This document shows positions 1-11,390 of a stretch of DNA of 64,000 bases, piece by piece; position 1 is the stretch's first letter; each line of letters begins with the position of its first letter. This DNA comes from Macrostomum hystrix (Eukaryota > Animalia > Platyhelminthes): the NCBI GenBank assembly GCA_950097015.1, contig CATNEN010000002.1, positions 7,626,001 through 7,690,000 of the forward strand. Reading direction: 5' to 3'. Made by a program: the position numbers and the translations under genes. Under the pieces are notes generated by a model that saw only the letters and a program-made list of their open reading frames with translations, searched no databases and was not told the DNA's origin.

Positions 1-354
1 TTTTTGAATGTCTGTTCTATATTCTGTTCAAATATGGGCAGGTTAATTGCATTTTCACTCTTGCTTCCTCTCGCATCATCTCGTTTTTGTTAGATTTTTT
101 TTACCAAAATCATATTTAAAGACAAGACAAAACAGCTTTGAAATGTTTGTCAACAAGTTCTAAAATAGTGCGTAATACGCCAGCATTAGCATGATAGTAG
201 TATACATTGCGAAGTATCACATTAATTTATTTATATCACAATGAATTAAGGAGAAACGCAATTGTCCCTGTTGAATGGTAATCAAGCTTTCTTGTTGTTC
301 CATTCAAGTTTGGGTTTTCATTGGTGGGGTCAATGAATCGGCGGTTTGACTCTC

Positions 355-535
355 TGAGGTCCCTGAGCTCGAATCCGCGACTGCAAATAATTTGGGCATA
401 GAATGCTTTACGCCCACGAGGTCCAAAACCCAAGGCACAGAGTGTCCACTCAGTGTGTGCTCAGGAGTGGGCAGAATTGCCTACTCGCTAGCGGTGGGTC
501 GACTGTCACCAAAGGATGTGCCAAATGATTATTAA
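355..535 (+). mobile_element. tRNA-derived SINE family A, decayed copy
   Basis: Contains ggtccctgagctcgaatcc and gtgtgtgctcaggagt..ggcagaattgcct, shared with five other copies in the window. Confidence 0.65.
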
Positions 536-703
536 AAGGTTCATATGTGCAGCAGTGGGGCCAGAGAATCATCAGTCAGACAAATTTGTCAAGAAAAACC
601 AAAATTAGAGTTTAAATTTACTAATTAGGAAGCAACAACGGTCCGAGGTCTGATTGGTGATTTGACCTTGAGTATTCCCGACTCCCTCCTGTCATCTCGC
701 TGG

Positions 704-3700
704 CTATTCAACCCGCCAGAAAGCCCCGACAGAGTTCAGCGGAATCGCAACTTGCTCGTCCTTCGGTCCCATAATGTCCATGGACCCATCCTGGGGCGCG
801 AACCAATGACGCCAGCGGCCGCGCGGAAATCGAACAAGGCGGGTCGTGACTCCGGGCTCCAGCACGGGCGCTGCCAGGACCGACGGTCCCAGGAAGAACT
901 GGTCCGCGCTGTCTGGCCTGCCTCCTTCGAGCCACCACATTGGCCGCAGCAGGGGGTCCCCGTTGCTTAGCAACTCAGCCAGGCCGGAGTCCATGTTCTG
1001 ACGGAATCGAGGCTCGCTGCGAATCGACAGAAGGCGTCTGGTGATGTTCACGACCTCCTGGGGTTGGATGGTTGAGGTGCTGAAAGCTCACTGGGGTTGG
1101 ATGGTTGAGGTGCTGAAAGCTCACTGGGGTTGGATGGTTGAGGTGCTGAAAGCTCACTGGGGTTGGATGGTTGAGGTGCTGAAAGCTCACTGGGGTTGGA
1201 TGGTTGAGGTGCTGAAAGCTCACTGAGGTTGGATGGTTGAGGTGCTGAAAGCTCACCTACTTTGTAGAAGCGTCCATTTTGATACCAGTACGAAAGACTA
1301 GAAGAGTATTTTTAATACCAAAATTTTAATTTTCCATTGTCTCCCAAAATATTCAACCCATCGCCTACTACTTTAAGTAGACATGCAGGAACTCGGCTGG
1401 ATCGGGTTAAGATTCGAGCTCGCGACCCCTCGGTCAAATGCCAGAAGCATCCATTTTGTTCCTTAAGCGCCTCCCAATCTCACAGAGATCCCTAAAATTG
1501 TCAAGGATCCCCTGACGGTCACCTCATCGTAGTGCCAGGGTGGCACAGACAGCTGCAGGGAGGGCATGAGCACTGCGGCCTGCAGCCAGCGCAAGTACAG
1601 CTCCCGCTCCGGGTAGCAGAGGCCGTCGAGGCCGTCCGGTCCCTGGCAGTAGGCATTGCCGCCCACCATGTCAGGCAGGTGGAAATTGTAGCCAATCAAG
1701 CAGTGCATCAGCGCCGATGTCACCATGGCCTTCAGCCCGTTGTCCAGGCCCCAGTGAGAGTCCTTGTCTATGGCCCGAACCATCAGCGGCAGTTGCTGGG
1801 CTCGGAAGCCGACCCGAACCTCCTGTCGACGCTTCAGCTGGTCGAGTCGGACTCCAAACTCGGCCCAGGCGCGGGCAAACCAGCCCGGGTTGGTTCGGTT
1901 GTTGAAGCCGCGCAAGCGAGAGTTCGTTGGCAGCCAGTTGAACTCGCCGGCGTCCAGCTTGAAGGAGTCGACGCCAAAGTCTGTCTGGAGGCTCTGAAGC
2001 CGCTGCAGCAGGTACCTGTTGGTTAACGAAGGAGCATTGTCTAACAGATGTGAGCATCTATCTAACAGGTGTGTCTAACAGATGTGAGAATCTATCTAAC
2101 AGGTGTGTCTAACAGGTGTGAGAATCTGTCTAACAGGTGTGTCTAAGAGGTGTGAGCATCTATCTAACAGGTGTGTCTGACAGATGTGAGAATCTGTCTA
2201 ACAGGTGTGTCTAAGAGGTAAGAAGCATCTGTCTAACAGGTGTGTCTAACTGTGTGAGCATCTGTATGGCAAGAATATTTTCTTAGATGAAATTCCATGA
2301 AGCCTACCTGGTGCCTTCTCCCTCCGCGTCGGTGATGTCCACAACAGCCGCTGTCAGGTTGGCGCCGCGCCACCAGCTGGTGTATGCCGGCTCGCTCAGT
2401 CGATCCCTGCTCGTGACCAGGAAGCTGCCATTATTCCTAGTGACATAGGCGCCTGTGGCGAACGCCCTGGAGTCCGTGTTGACAAACGGGTGCACCCACA
2501 GGGTCAGGTTGAAGCCCAGCTGGTGTACACCAGCCACCATGGCTTGCGGATTCGGGAATCTGGCTTTGTCGAAGTCGTGATCGCCGTAGTTCACCGTCCA
2601 CTTGTCGTCAACGCCGAGCTGTGAGGCCGGCAGGCTGTGCGCAGTGATGTTGCGCGCGAACTCCAGCACCTGGGCGGGTTTGGAGAATATGGTGAGACCT
2701 CTATATAACCTATGACGAATTCATATTGGCTCAATATTATAAAAATTAAAGATAACGACATGGTTATATAATAAACTTTTGTCAACAAAAAAAATATTCA
2801 TATATTGGTGGTGGCTTTTGCCACCTGACACCCAGACGTTGAATATCTCGACAATTCCGATGCTTTGTTATTCTGGATATTCATGGTGATTAATTGACTA
2901 TTTTAGGAGAAACAGAAAAACGAAAATGTGGGTATTTGAAAGCCCCCGTGCTCATGAGGCTCAGTGTTAAGCTGGCCTCTCATTGTCAGTCAGTGCACGC
3001 TCTAACAGAGCCTTGGGGGCGTCCGATGGGGTTCTGGCCAAGTGCTCACCAAGTCCTGCGTGATTCCCGCCTTCAGGTAGGCCCAGGTGGACCAGACTGG
3101 CCTCTCAAACAGATCCCTGTCCGGTGTCTGCGTGGGCCCCTCCCAGAACTTTGTGGCCCGATAGAGAGTCCGGATGTCGCTGCCAGAGCACACGGAGTAG
3201 GCCAGCAGCGGCTCGCCGGGCCTCCTGACGGCCGGGCTGCCGTAGGCGCCGGCTTCGCGGCTGCCCGTCAGGCAAAGCCGGCCGCCGCTGATTTCCACGT
3301 ACAGCGGCACCGCGTCTTCGACGAACAGGGCGAAGCCACCGGTGGAGATCCAGAACCGTTCTATGGCGCCGCCAAACTGCCTGAGGTAGACATCGCTGGG
3401 CACGTAGGCCGTGCGCACCTGCTCGGCGGTGTTCAGCGGCCAGTCCTGGCGCCACATCTCCGCGCCGCCGAACCAGTGCTCGCCAGTCATGTCGAAGCAG
3501 TCGGTGATGACGCCGATGGATTGGCTGAGGCTCCACTTGAAGTTGCGGCAGGTGGCGTTGGCAGTCGGACTGGCAGTCGGGCGCACGAAGCTCGCTGTGC
3601 TGTCGCTGCAATGGAAATACTTGCCTGAGCGCTTCGCCGTGTTGTTGAGGTTCAGCTGCACCCGGAGCTGCTTGCCGGATGGAGCGGTCAGGACCAGCTG

Positions 3701-3844
3701 GTCGAGTTCCACGTCGTGATCGGGGCAGCTGCGCTCTCGAGGCACCAGCCGCGGCAGCAGGGCGGTGATGATGAAGGTGACGGTCAAGCAGACCAGAATG
3801 AAGCCAAGCAGGGCCAGCAGCTGGCCGTTGATTCGAAACCCCAT
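704..3844 (-). CDS. MYORG: GH31 family glycosidase, MYORG/KIAA1161-like type II membrane protein (~667 aa, 4 exons)
   Basis: Exons 3844-3050, 2669-2308, 2015-1523 and 1057-704, all GT-AG and phase-consistent. N-terminal TM (LLALLGFILVCLTVTFIITALL). GH31 motifs: PVWSTW, LGVDDKW, nucleophile motif GVDSFKLDAGE, acid/base IDKDS, LPDMVGGN, WHYDE|EVV, GDPLLRPMWW, DQFFLGPSVLAAPVLEPG. Confidence 0.9.
1058..1256. repeat. 33-bp tandem repeat x6 abutting the acceptor of the last GH31 exon
   Basis: Unit ctggggttggatggttgaggtgctgaaagctca repeated 6 times. Confidence 0.97.
2040..2265. repeat. Degenerate tctaacaggtgtg-based minisatellite in GH31 intron 2
   Basis: Recurring tctaacag(g/a)tgtg blocks alternating with agcatc/agaatc. 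Confidence 0.85.
2808..2885. repeat. Dispersed repeat family B, copy 1 (~80-110 bp with a terminal hairpin)
   Basis: ggtggcttttgccacctga...ttgaatatctcgacaattccgatg matches 48788-48900 and 58858-58970. Confidence 0.7.
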
Positions 3845-4395
3845 CGCTTCTCCCGGGATTAGAAGGCCTGGAGTTTGGGATTTGCTTGGGATTTGCTTGT
3901 CTGAGCTGCGCACTGATTTAAATATTTATCTGCGCCTCAAGATCTGAAATAAGTTTCAAAGTGCCACCTGTTTGCTGCACCTGTTGCTATAAAAAATACC
4001 CGATTATTTAAAATGAACCATGGCAACTAAAAGAGAATATTATATAGAAATATATTAGAAATTGCAACGGAAGAGCTCAGGACTCGACGCACAGGTGAGT
4101 TGAGCCAAGCTGCTCACAACTGCGATAAGATAAGAAATAAAAAAGTATTCGAAAAGTCTCTGATATAACTCGCTTGCTTTAATCTGAGCTGGAGCTGAAC
4201 TGCGCCTAGCGGTGCTTGCAAAGTGTCTTTTGCTAATTTGAGTTAAGCCAGATCCAATTAGAAATTGGTGAAAGCCCACATTGTGATTCAGCTGTCGCAT
4301 ATAAAAAGCTCAAGTAGCGAATTATCCGATTTATCTGATCTTATTCAAAACTTGTCCACCTCTTGCTAAAATTCGTCACAATCAATTAGATAGTG

Positions 4396-7198
4396 ACTTG
4401 AGAATTCAGTGGATTGCTAATCAGTGGCATGAGAATTCAATGGATTACTAATCAGTGGCATGAGAATTCAATGGATTACTATTCAGTGGCATGAGAATTC
4501 AATGGATTACTAATCAGTGGCATGAGAATTCAATGCATTGCTAATCAGTGGCATGAGAATTCAATGGATTGCTAATCAGTGACTTGAGAATTCAGTGGAT
4601 TGCTAATCAGTGGCATGAGAATTCAGTGGATTGCTAATCAGTGACATGAGAATTCAATGGATTGCTAATCAGTGGCATGAGAATTCAGTGGATTGCTAAT
4701 CAGTGGCATGAGAATTCAATGGATTGCTAATCAGTGGCATGAGAATTCAGTGGATTGCTAATCAGTGGCATGAGAATTCAATGGATTGCTAATCAGTGGC
4801 ATGAGAATTCAATGGATTGCTAATCACTGGCATGAGAATTCAGTGGATTGCTAATCAGTGGCATGAGAATTCAATGGATTACTAATCAGTGACATGAGAA
4901 TTCAGTGGATTGCTAATCAGTGGCATGAGAATTCAATAGATTGCTAATCAGTGGCATGAGAATTCAATGGATTGCTAATCAGTGGCATGAGAATTCAATG
5001 GATTGCTAATCAGTGGCATGAGAATTCAATGGATTACTAATCAGTGGCTTGAGAATTCAATGGATTGCTAATCAGTGGCATGAGAATTCAATGGATTGCT
5101 AATCAGTGACATGAGAATTCAATGGATTGCTAATCAGTGACATGAGAATTCAATGGATTGCTAATCAGTGGCATGAGAGTTCAATGGATTACTAATCAGT
5201 GGCATGAGAATTCAATGGATTGCTAATCAGTGGCATGAGAATTCAGTGGATTGCTAATCAGTGGCATGAGAATTCAGTGGATTGCTAATCAGTGGCATGA
5301 GAATTCAGTGGATTGCTAATCAGTGGCATGAGAATTCAGTGAATTGCTAATCAGTGGCATGAGAATTCAGTGGATTACTAATCAGTGACATGAGAATTCA
5401 GTGGATTGCTAATCAGTGGCATGAGAATTCAATGGATTGCTAATCAGTGGCATGAGAATTCAATGGATTGCTAATCAGTGGCATGAGAATTCAGTGGATT
5501 GCTAATCAGTGGCATGAGAATTCAATGGATTGCTAATCAGTGGCATGAGAATTCAATGGATTGCTAATCAGTGGCATGAGAATTCAATGCATTGCTAATC
5601 AGTGACATGAGAATTCAATGGATTACTAATCAGTGGCATGAGAATTCAGTGGATTGCTAATCAGTGGCATGAGAATTCAGTGGATTGCTAATCAGTGGCA
5701 TGAGAATTTAATGGATTGCTAATCACTGGCATGAGAATTCAGTGGATTGCTAATCAGTGGCATGAGAATTCAGTGAATTGCTAATCAGTGGCATGAGAAT
5801 TCAATAGATTGCTAATCAGTGGCATGAGAATTCAATGGATTACTAATCAGTGGCATGAGAATTCAATGCATTGCTAATCAGTGACATGAGAATTCAATGG
5901 ATTACTAATCAGTGGCATGAGAATTCAGTGGATTGCTAATCAGTGGCATGAGAATTCAGTGGATTGCTAATCAGTGGCATGAGAATTTAATGGATTGCTA
6001 ATCACTGGCATGAGAATTCAGTGGATTGCTAATCAGTGGCATGAGAATTCAGTGAATTGCTAATCAGTGGCATGAGAATTCAGTGGATTACTAATCAGTG
6101 GCTTGAGAATTCAATGGATTGCTAATCAGTGGCATGAGAATTCAATGGATTACTAATCAGTGGCATGAGAATTCAATGGATTGCTAATCAGTGGCATGAG
6201 AATTCAGTGGATTGCTAATCAGTGGCATGAGAATTCAATGGATTGCTAATCAGTGGCATGAGAATTCAATGGATTGCTAATCAGTGGCATGAGAATTCAA
6301 TGGATTGCTAATCAGTGGCATGAGAATTCAATGGATTGCTAATCAGTGGCATGAGAATTCAGTGGATTGCTAATCAGTGACATGAGAATTCAATGGATTG
6401 CTAATCAGTGGCATGAGAATTTAATGGATTGCTAATCACTGGCATGAGAATTCAGTGGATTGCTAATCACTGGCATGAGAATTCAGTGGATTGCTAATCA
6501 GTGGCATGAGAATTCAATGGATTGCTAATCAGTGGCATGAGAATTCAATGGATTGCTAATCAGTGGCATGAGAATTCAGTGGATTGCTAATCAGTGGCAT
6601 GAGAATTCAGTGGATTACTAATCAGTGGCATGAGAATTCAATGGATTGCTAATCAGTGGCATGAGAATTCAATGGATTGCTAATCAGTTGCATGAGAATT
6701 CAGTGGATTGCTAATCAGTGGCATGAGAATTCAATGGATTGCTAATCAGTGGCATGAGAATTCAATGGATTGCTAATCAGTGGCATGAGAATTCAATGGA
6801 TTGCTAATCAGTAGCATGAGAATTTAATGGATTGCTAATCAGTAGCATGAGAATTTAATGGATTGCTAATCAGTGGCATGAGAATTCAATGGATTGCTAA
6901 TCAGTGGCATGAGAATTCAATGGATTGCTAATCAGTGGCATGAGAATTCAATGGATTGCTAATCAGTAGCATGAGAATTCAATGGATTGCTAATCAGTGG
7001 CATGAGAATTCAATGGATTGCTAATCAGTGACATGAGAATTCAATGGATTGCTAATCAGTGGCATGAGAATTCAATGGATTGCTAATCAGTGGCATGAGA
7101 ATTCAATGGATTGCTAATCAGTGGCATGAGAATTCAATGGATTGCTAATCAGTGGCATGAGAATTCAATGGATTGCTAATCAGTGGCATGAGAATTCC
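4396..7198. repeat. 31-bp satellite array, ~90 copies, 2.8 kb
   Basis: Unit gagaattcaatggattgctaatcagtggcat (period 31, one EcoRI site per unit). A few recurrent variant positions and no spacers. Confidence 0.99.
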
Positions 7199-7667
7199 GT
7201 GCATTTCTGTCACTTAAAAATTCGGATTAGGATTAGGAAGTTTACGAGTTTAGGATTACTTGAAGATTTGATTATTTTCAAGCCACTTAAAACTCGCTCT
7301 TTCAAGTCCTGTTTCATACTTTTTTTGGTCACTGTCACAATGGCAAACAGACTGCACCAAGCAACCGAGTCTTGATTACGCGGGTCAACAATTAAAAATG
7401 GTTCATACTCCCAAGCAACCATGTAGATGTAGATGCCAAAGCAACATGAGGAGGCTTTTGAAACAAATATTTGGCAAACATCTCCAGGTCACTGTGGGTT
7501 TATCAGATAAGACAGCGACATTTCAGGTTTTCCTGTTGACAACTGCAGCTGTTTTTGCTGCCACAGGGCGCTGATAAATACCAGCCAGCAGGGCTGACCA
7601 ACTTGGACAACCCTGAGCCGAAATCTTCAGCTTCACTCACAGACAAAGCACAATTCTAAAGTCAACG

Positions 7668-8801
7668 ATGTCAGCGATGCCTAGCCTGACCCTGCTGCTG
7701 ATGGCAGCTTTCGTCACGAGCCCGTCGGCGGCGCTGAGCCTGCCACCGTGGTCTGTTAGCGCCGCTGCTTCCATCGCCAACTTGAGCTCCGACGTCTTGA
7801 ACTACGCCAACTTTAGCTCCGTTGTCATTGCTAAACATGGCAACATGAGCAGCCTGAGGAACATGAGCAGCCTGAGTAACATGAGCTACTTGAGCAAACT
7901 GGGTAACATGAGCAGCATGAGCAACATGAGCAGCGGTGCCGACTTGCTCAATCCGCGGCAGGCTCGCGCTGTCAACATTCTGGTCCGAAAGGTTGATGAG
8001 GCGCATCCGTACTTCAGGTAATTCTGCTCAAATTGGGATTCAATCTGCTCAAATACAAATGATGGAATGAAAATCTGAATTGCACCAAACTCACCTGTGT
8101 CGGTTGTGCAGCCAGTGGCACAGCCGCAGCCATTGTACAGCTTGTTCAGTCTCGCGCACCAGGGTCCCTGAGCTCGATTCCGCGACGAGGCCACGTTAAT
8201 TTTGGGGCGCAGCCGCTGAGAGAAGGCTTGGGGGGCATTTCGTGCAATATGCACTGTGTGAGTATGTGCATTCGGACAGTGTGTGTGTGCGTGTCTGCTC
8301 AGGAGTCAGCGGAATGGGCAGAATTGCCTCCTCGCTGGCTGCGGGTCTAGTGTCACCATATGATGTGCCCTTTCAACCTAACCCTTTGTCCATAAGCTCC
8401 CCGTACCTGACGGTCTCAAGTTGCAAATTTTGTTATGCTCTAAAATACTATACCCCGATCCACATTCCTGCAGACGCGCGTCGATCTCGGTGCCGCGCTT
8501 CGTCGCCGGGGCTCCACCCGGTAGTGTATTCCAGAACTTCAGTGGCGCCCTGGCTGCCCTCTGCAATGCCACCAGTCCGTCCGATGTCACCCAGATTGTG
8601 CGCGGCAACCTGCTAGTGATCAGCAACGACAAGGACGTCTTCACTCTCAAGGATGGCGATCGCATTGAAGTCTGGACGAGTACCAGCGGCAAGCCGACTC
8701 GCGCGGAGACCGCGGCGGCCTTCGCCAAGGCGGCCAACTGCGGCAGCGAACTGCAGAAGATTCGCCCGTCCGGCAAGAAGCCCGCTGACGATGACGATTG
8801 A
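7668..8801 (+). CDS. Secreted protein of unknown function with NMSS repeats (~225 aa, 2 exons)
   Basis: Exons 7668-8017 (TTCAG|gta) and 8474-8801 (cctgcag|A) join in frame (678 nt). Signal peptide MSAMPSLTLLLMAAFVTSPSAA. GC-rich codon style like the neighbouring genes. Confidence 0.75.
8110..8372 (+). mobile_element. tRNA-derived SINE family A, intronic copy
   Basis: cagggtccctgagctcgattccgcgacgaggccac...gagaaggcttggggg...gtgtgtgtgcgtgtctgctcaggagtcagc...ggcagaattgcctcctcgctggctgcgggtctagtgtcacc. Confidence 0.85.
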
Positions 8802-9112
8802 ATGCGGACTGCGGCAGTGGATGACGGGAGACACTTTTATGAGGCCACTCTGCCATTTGCAGAGCTCACGAGAACAGTCTTGTTAATTAAAAACATTATT
8901 AGCAATCTGGTCAATATTTTATTTAATCAATAAATTTCATTGTTTTCTAAATTAAGACAAATCACAATTTCTTTTAACAAGCTGTAGATTTTTTATTGAC
9001 TTTTATTGACTTCTAAAGATAAGCTTAGATTTTAGCTGCTTATAGCAAGAAGAATGAGTTTGATATTTAACACAGATTCAAGTTACATGTGCGATACGAA
9101 ATATTTTAGCTT

Positions 9113-9372
9113 CAGTAGACCCGCAGCCAGCGAGGAGGCAATTCTGCCCATTTTGCTGACTCCTGAGCACACACGCACACAGATACTGTACGCAGGCACA
9201 CGCTCACACAGGTGTGTACATCTGCCCTGACTTTCTCATCGTCAGGCAGGTACACTCTCACTGTGCCTTGGAGGTTGGCCCTCAAGGGCGTAAATTACAA
9301 GACAAGCCCCCAAGCCTTCTCTCCGCGGCTGCGCCCTATTTGAATGTGGCCTCGCGGCGGAATCGAGCTCAG
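9113..9372 (-). mobile_element. tRNA-derived SINE family A copy
   Basis: agacccgcagccagcgaggaggcaattctgccc...gactcctgagcacacacgcacacagatactgtacg...aagcccccaagccttctctccgcggctgcgcc...gaatcgagctcagg. Confidence 0.85.
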
Positions 9373-9493
9373 GTAATCTTAGTGCGAGAAAAGAATTTGC
9401 CACAAGAAGTAGAGAACATGAAAATCTTGCACAGCAAGGGTGCCCGAGGCTGGGATTAAGAAGCAGAATCAGGAAATTCGCCCAAAGCAAGCG

Positions 9494-10126
9494 TCACTCG
9501 CAGTAAAACCAGAAGATTCCAGCCGAAGCAAAAAATGTCGGCCTTTCAAAAGTGCAGGTCACAAAACTGTCCAGCTCCGAGTCTGCCGCAGTCCTGGAGG
9601 CCATCATCACCCGCTGCTCAGCCCGCTGGGTCACCGTCACCAGGACGACGATCTTGTAGCGCGGGCAGCTGAAGTTGTTCTTCATCCGCCGCTTGACATC
9701 CTCGGCCACCATCTTGGCGAGCTTCGGGCTGGCTTTGGCGTCGTGGCGAGACTCGGCCAGGAAGAATTTAAAGCTGTTGTCGACGATGAGCCGGACCTCG
9801 GCAGCCGAGTATCTGGCAGCCGGCTCGGGGCCGAGGCGGTAGCTGTTCTCCAGCCGGAGGACGGGACGATTTCGGCGATGTCGGGCGCGCAGATCGCCGA
9901 TTCGCCGCTTCAGCATCATCAGCGTGGCCAGGCTGGGCTGCTTGGACTTCGGGGCAATCGCCGGGGTGGAGGCAGCGGCTGCGGCGATCGCTGGAAGTAC
10001 AGCCGACGCGGTGGAGGGAGACTTTGACCGTCGGTCGCCACCGGCTCCGCCTGACGATGACGAAGAGGATGTCGGAGGCGGGCCCAGCCTCCTGGCACCG
10101 GCGCTGGTGGAAGCAGAAGTTGCCAT
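9494..10126 (-). CDS. Tctex1 domain-containing dynein light chain (TCTEX1D-like), single exon, 210 aa
   Basis: RLENSYRLGP...CPRYKIVVLVTVTQRAEQRVMMASRTAADSELDSFVTCTFERPTFFASAGIFWFYCE* is a typical Tctex-1 C-terminal domain. It follows a low-complexity N-terminal extension. First true ATG is at 10126. Confidence 0.88.
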   Translation of the reverse strand: MATSASTSAGARRLGPPPTSSSSSSGGAGGDRRSKSPSTASAVLPAIAAAAASTPAIAPKSKQPSLATLMMLKRRIGDLRARHRRNRPVLRLENSYRLGPEPAARYSAAEVRLIVDNSFKFFLAESRHDAKASPKLAKMVAEDVKRRMKNNFSCPRYKIVVLVTVTQRAEQRVMMASRTAADSELDSFVTCTFERPTFFASAGIFWFYCE

Positions 10127-10504
10127 GGGGAATAAAATATCATCCAAGGTGCCTCTTTCTGTCGCTGGCTTCTCAGCCCTCTGAGCCTTTGTTTTCGCCC
10201 CCCTAAATTTATGCTGCCCTGAAAACCCGACCGCGTGAAAGAATGAAAAATTGAGTACGGAAAATTTAGCGTCAGCTGTTGGGATGCCTGATTTGATTTT
10301 CCTCTCTTTCCCATTCGCTATTCCCCACTGCCTCCGGCTTTGTCTTTAACTATGCCTGCTTTGGTTGCCATAGCAGCCGGAAGCCAAGCTACACGGCCAA
10401 GTAGCTCCAGAGCAAACAGGCAGGGGAGAAAGTGAAATACCGAACAGAAACCAACTCTCAGTGACTGATTGCAGAAATGCGAATGAGCAGTCAAAGCCTA
10501 CAAG

Positions 10505-10642
10505 TTCCCGCACTCTGAATGTCTCCATTGTCTACCAGGCAGACAGGCTTTTCCGTACTCTGAGTGTCTCCATTGTCTACCAGGCAGACAGGCTTTTCCG
10601 TACTCTGAGTGTCTCCATTGTCTACCAGGCAGACAGGCTTTT
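10505..10642. repeat. 45-bp tandem repeat x~3
   Basis: gtctccattgtctaccaggcagacaggcttttccgtactctgagt. Confidence 0.9.
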
Positions 10643-10759
10643 TTAGCTCAAATGACGTTAATGTAATTTGTAAGACAATAGGAGACTGTCGTTTCTGACT
10701 AACCAGCGGATTTCAGCAAACATTCATTTTTTGCTAGAAAAAAACGGAGTAACCCACAT

Positions 10760-10862
10760 GGTCCACAGCTGGTTGCAATCAGTCTGGTCCACTGGTTGGA
10801 ATCAGTCTGGTCCACTGGTTGGAATCAGTCTGGTCCACTGGTTGGAATCAGTCTGGTCCACA
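10760..10862. repeat. 23-bp tandem repeat x~4
   Basis: ggtccactggttggaatcagtct. Confidence 0.9.
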
Positions 10863-11069
10863 CATCAACTACAGAACATCAAGGAGTAATGGAAGAGTTT
10901 TTGCCTACTCTCGAACAGTATGCATGAACTCGCATCGGAAATAAGAATTTAATTAAGAAATACGAGCTATTTACTTCAAAACGAATGGAATATATTTCGC
11001 GAGCAATTTACAAACAGTTTTGCTATAAAAATAAAGCATCTTTGAAATTAAGTTTTAAATAATATATTT

Positions 11070-11330
11070 CCCCTTCCCCCTTTCAATTTTCTTCCCTCAC
11101 TATCTTCCCCACTTTCTTCCCCATTTTCTTCCCTCACTTTCTTCCCATCCACTTCCCAGTTTTCTTCCCCACTTTCTCCCCCGCTTTCTTCCCCATTTTC
11201 TTCCCCACTTTCTTACCCACTTTCTTCCCCACTTTCTTCCCCGTTTTTTCCCCATATTCTTCCCCATTTTCTTCCCCATTTTCTTCACCCATTTTCGTTC
11301 TCCATTTTCTTCTCACCTTTCCTCCCACTT
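11070..11330. repeat. 12-bp pyrimidine-rich repeat downstream of the calmodulin-like gene
   Basis: Variants of (ttcttccccact/att)n. These generate the spurious KKMGKK/GRKW ORFs. Confidence 0.9.
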
Positions 11331-11390
11331 CCTATCTTAATTATTTCCTGTAATACCCTTCATTCGCCCCCTGCCTACAGAGCCCTGAGT

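Noticed and set aside
4396-7198. 31-bp repeat array as a CRISPR array
   Set aside because: Units are head-to-tail with no unique spacers, the context is eukaryotic and there are no cas genes.
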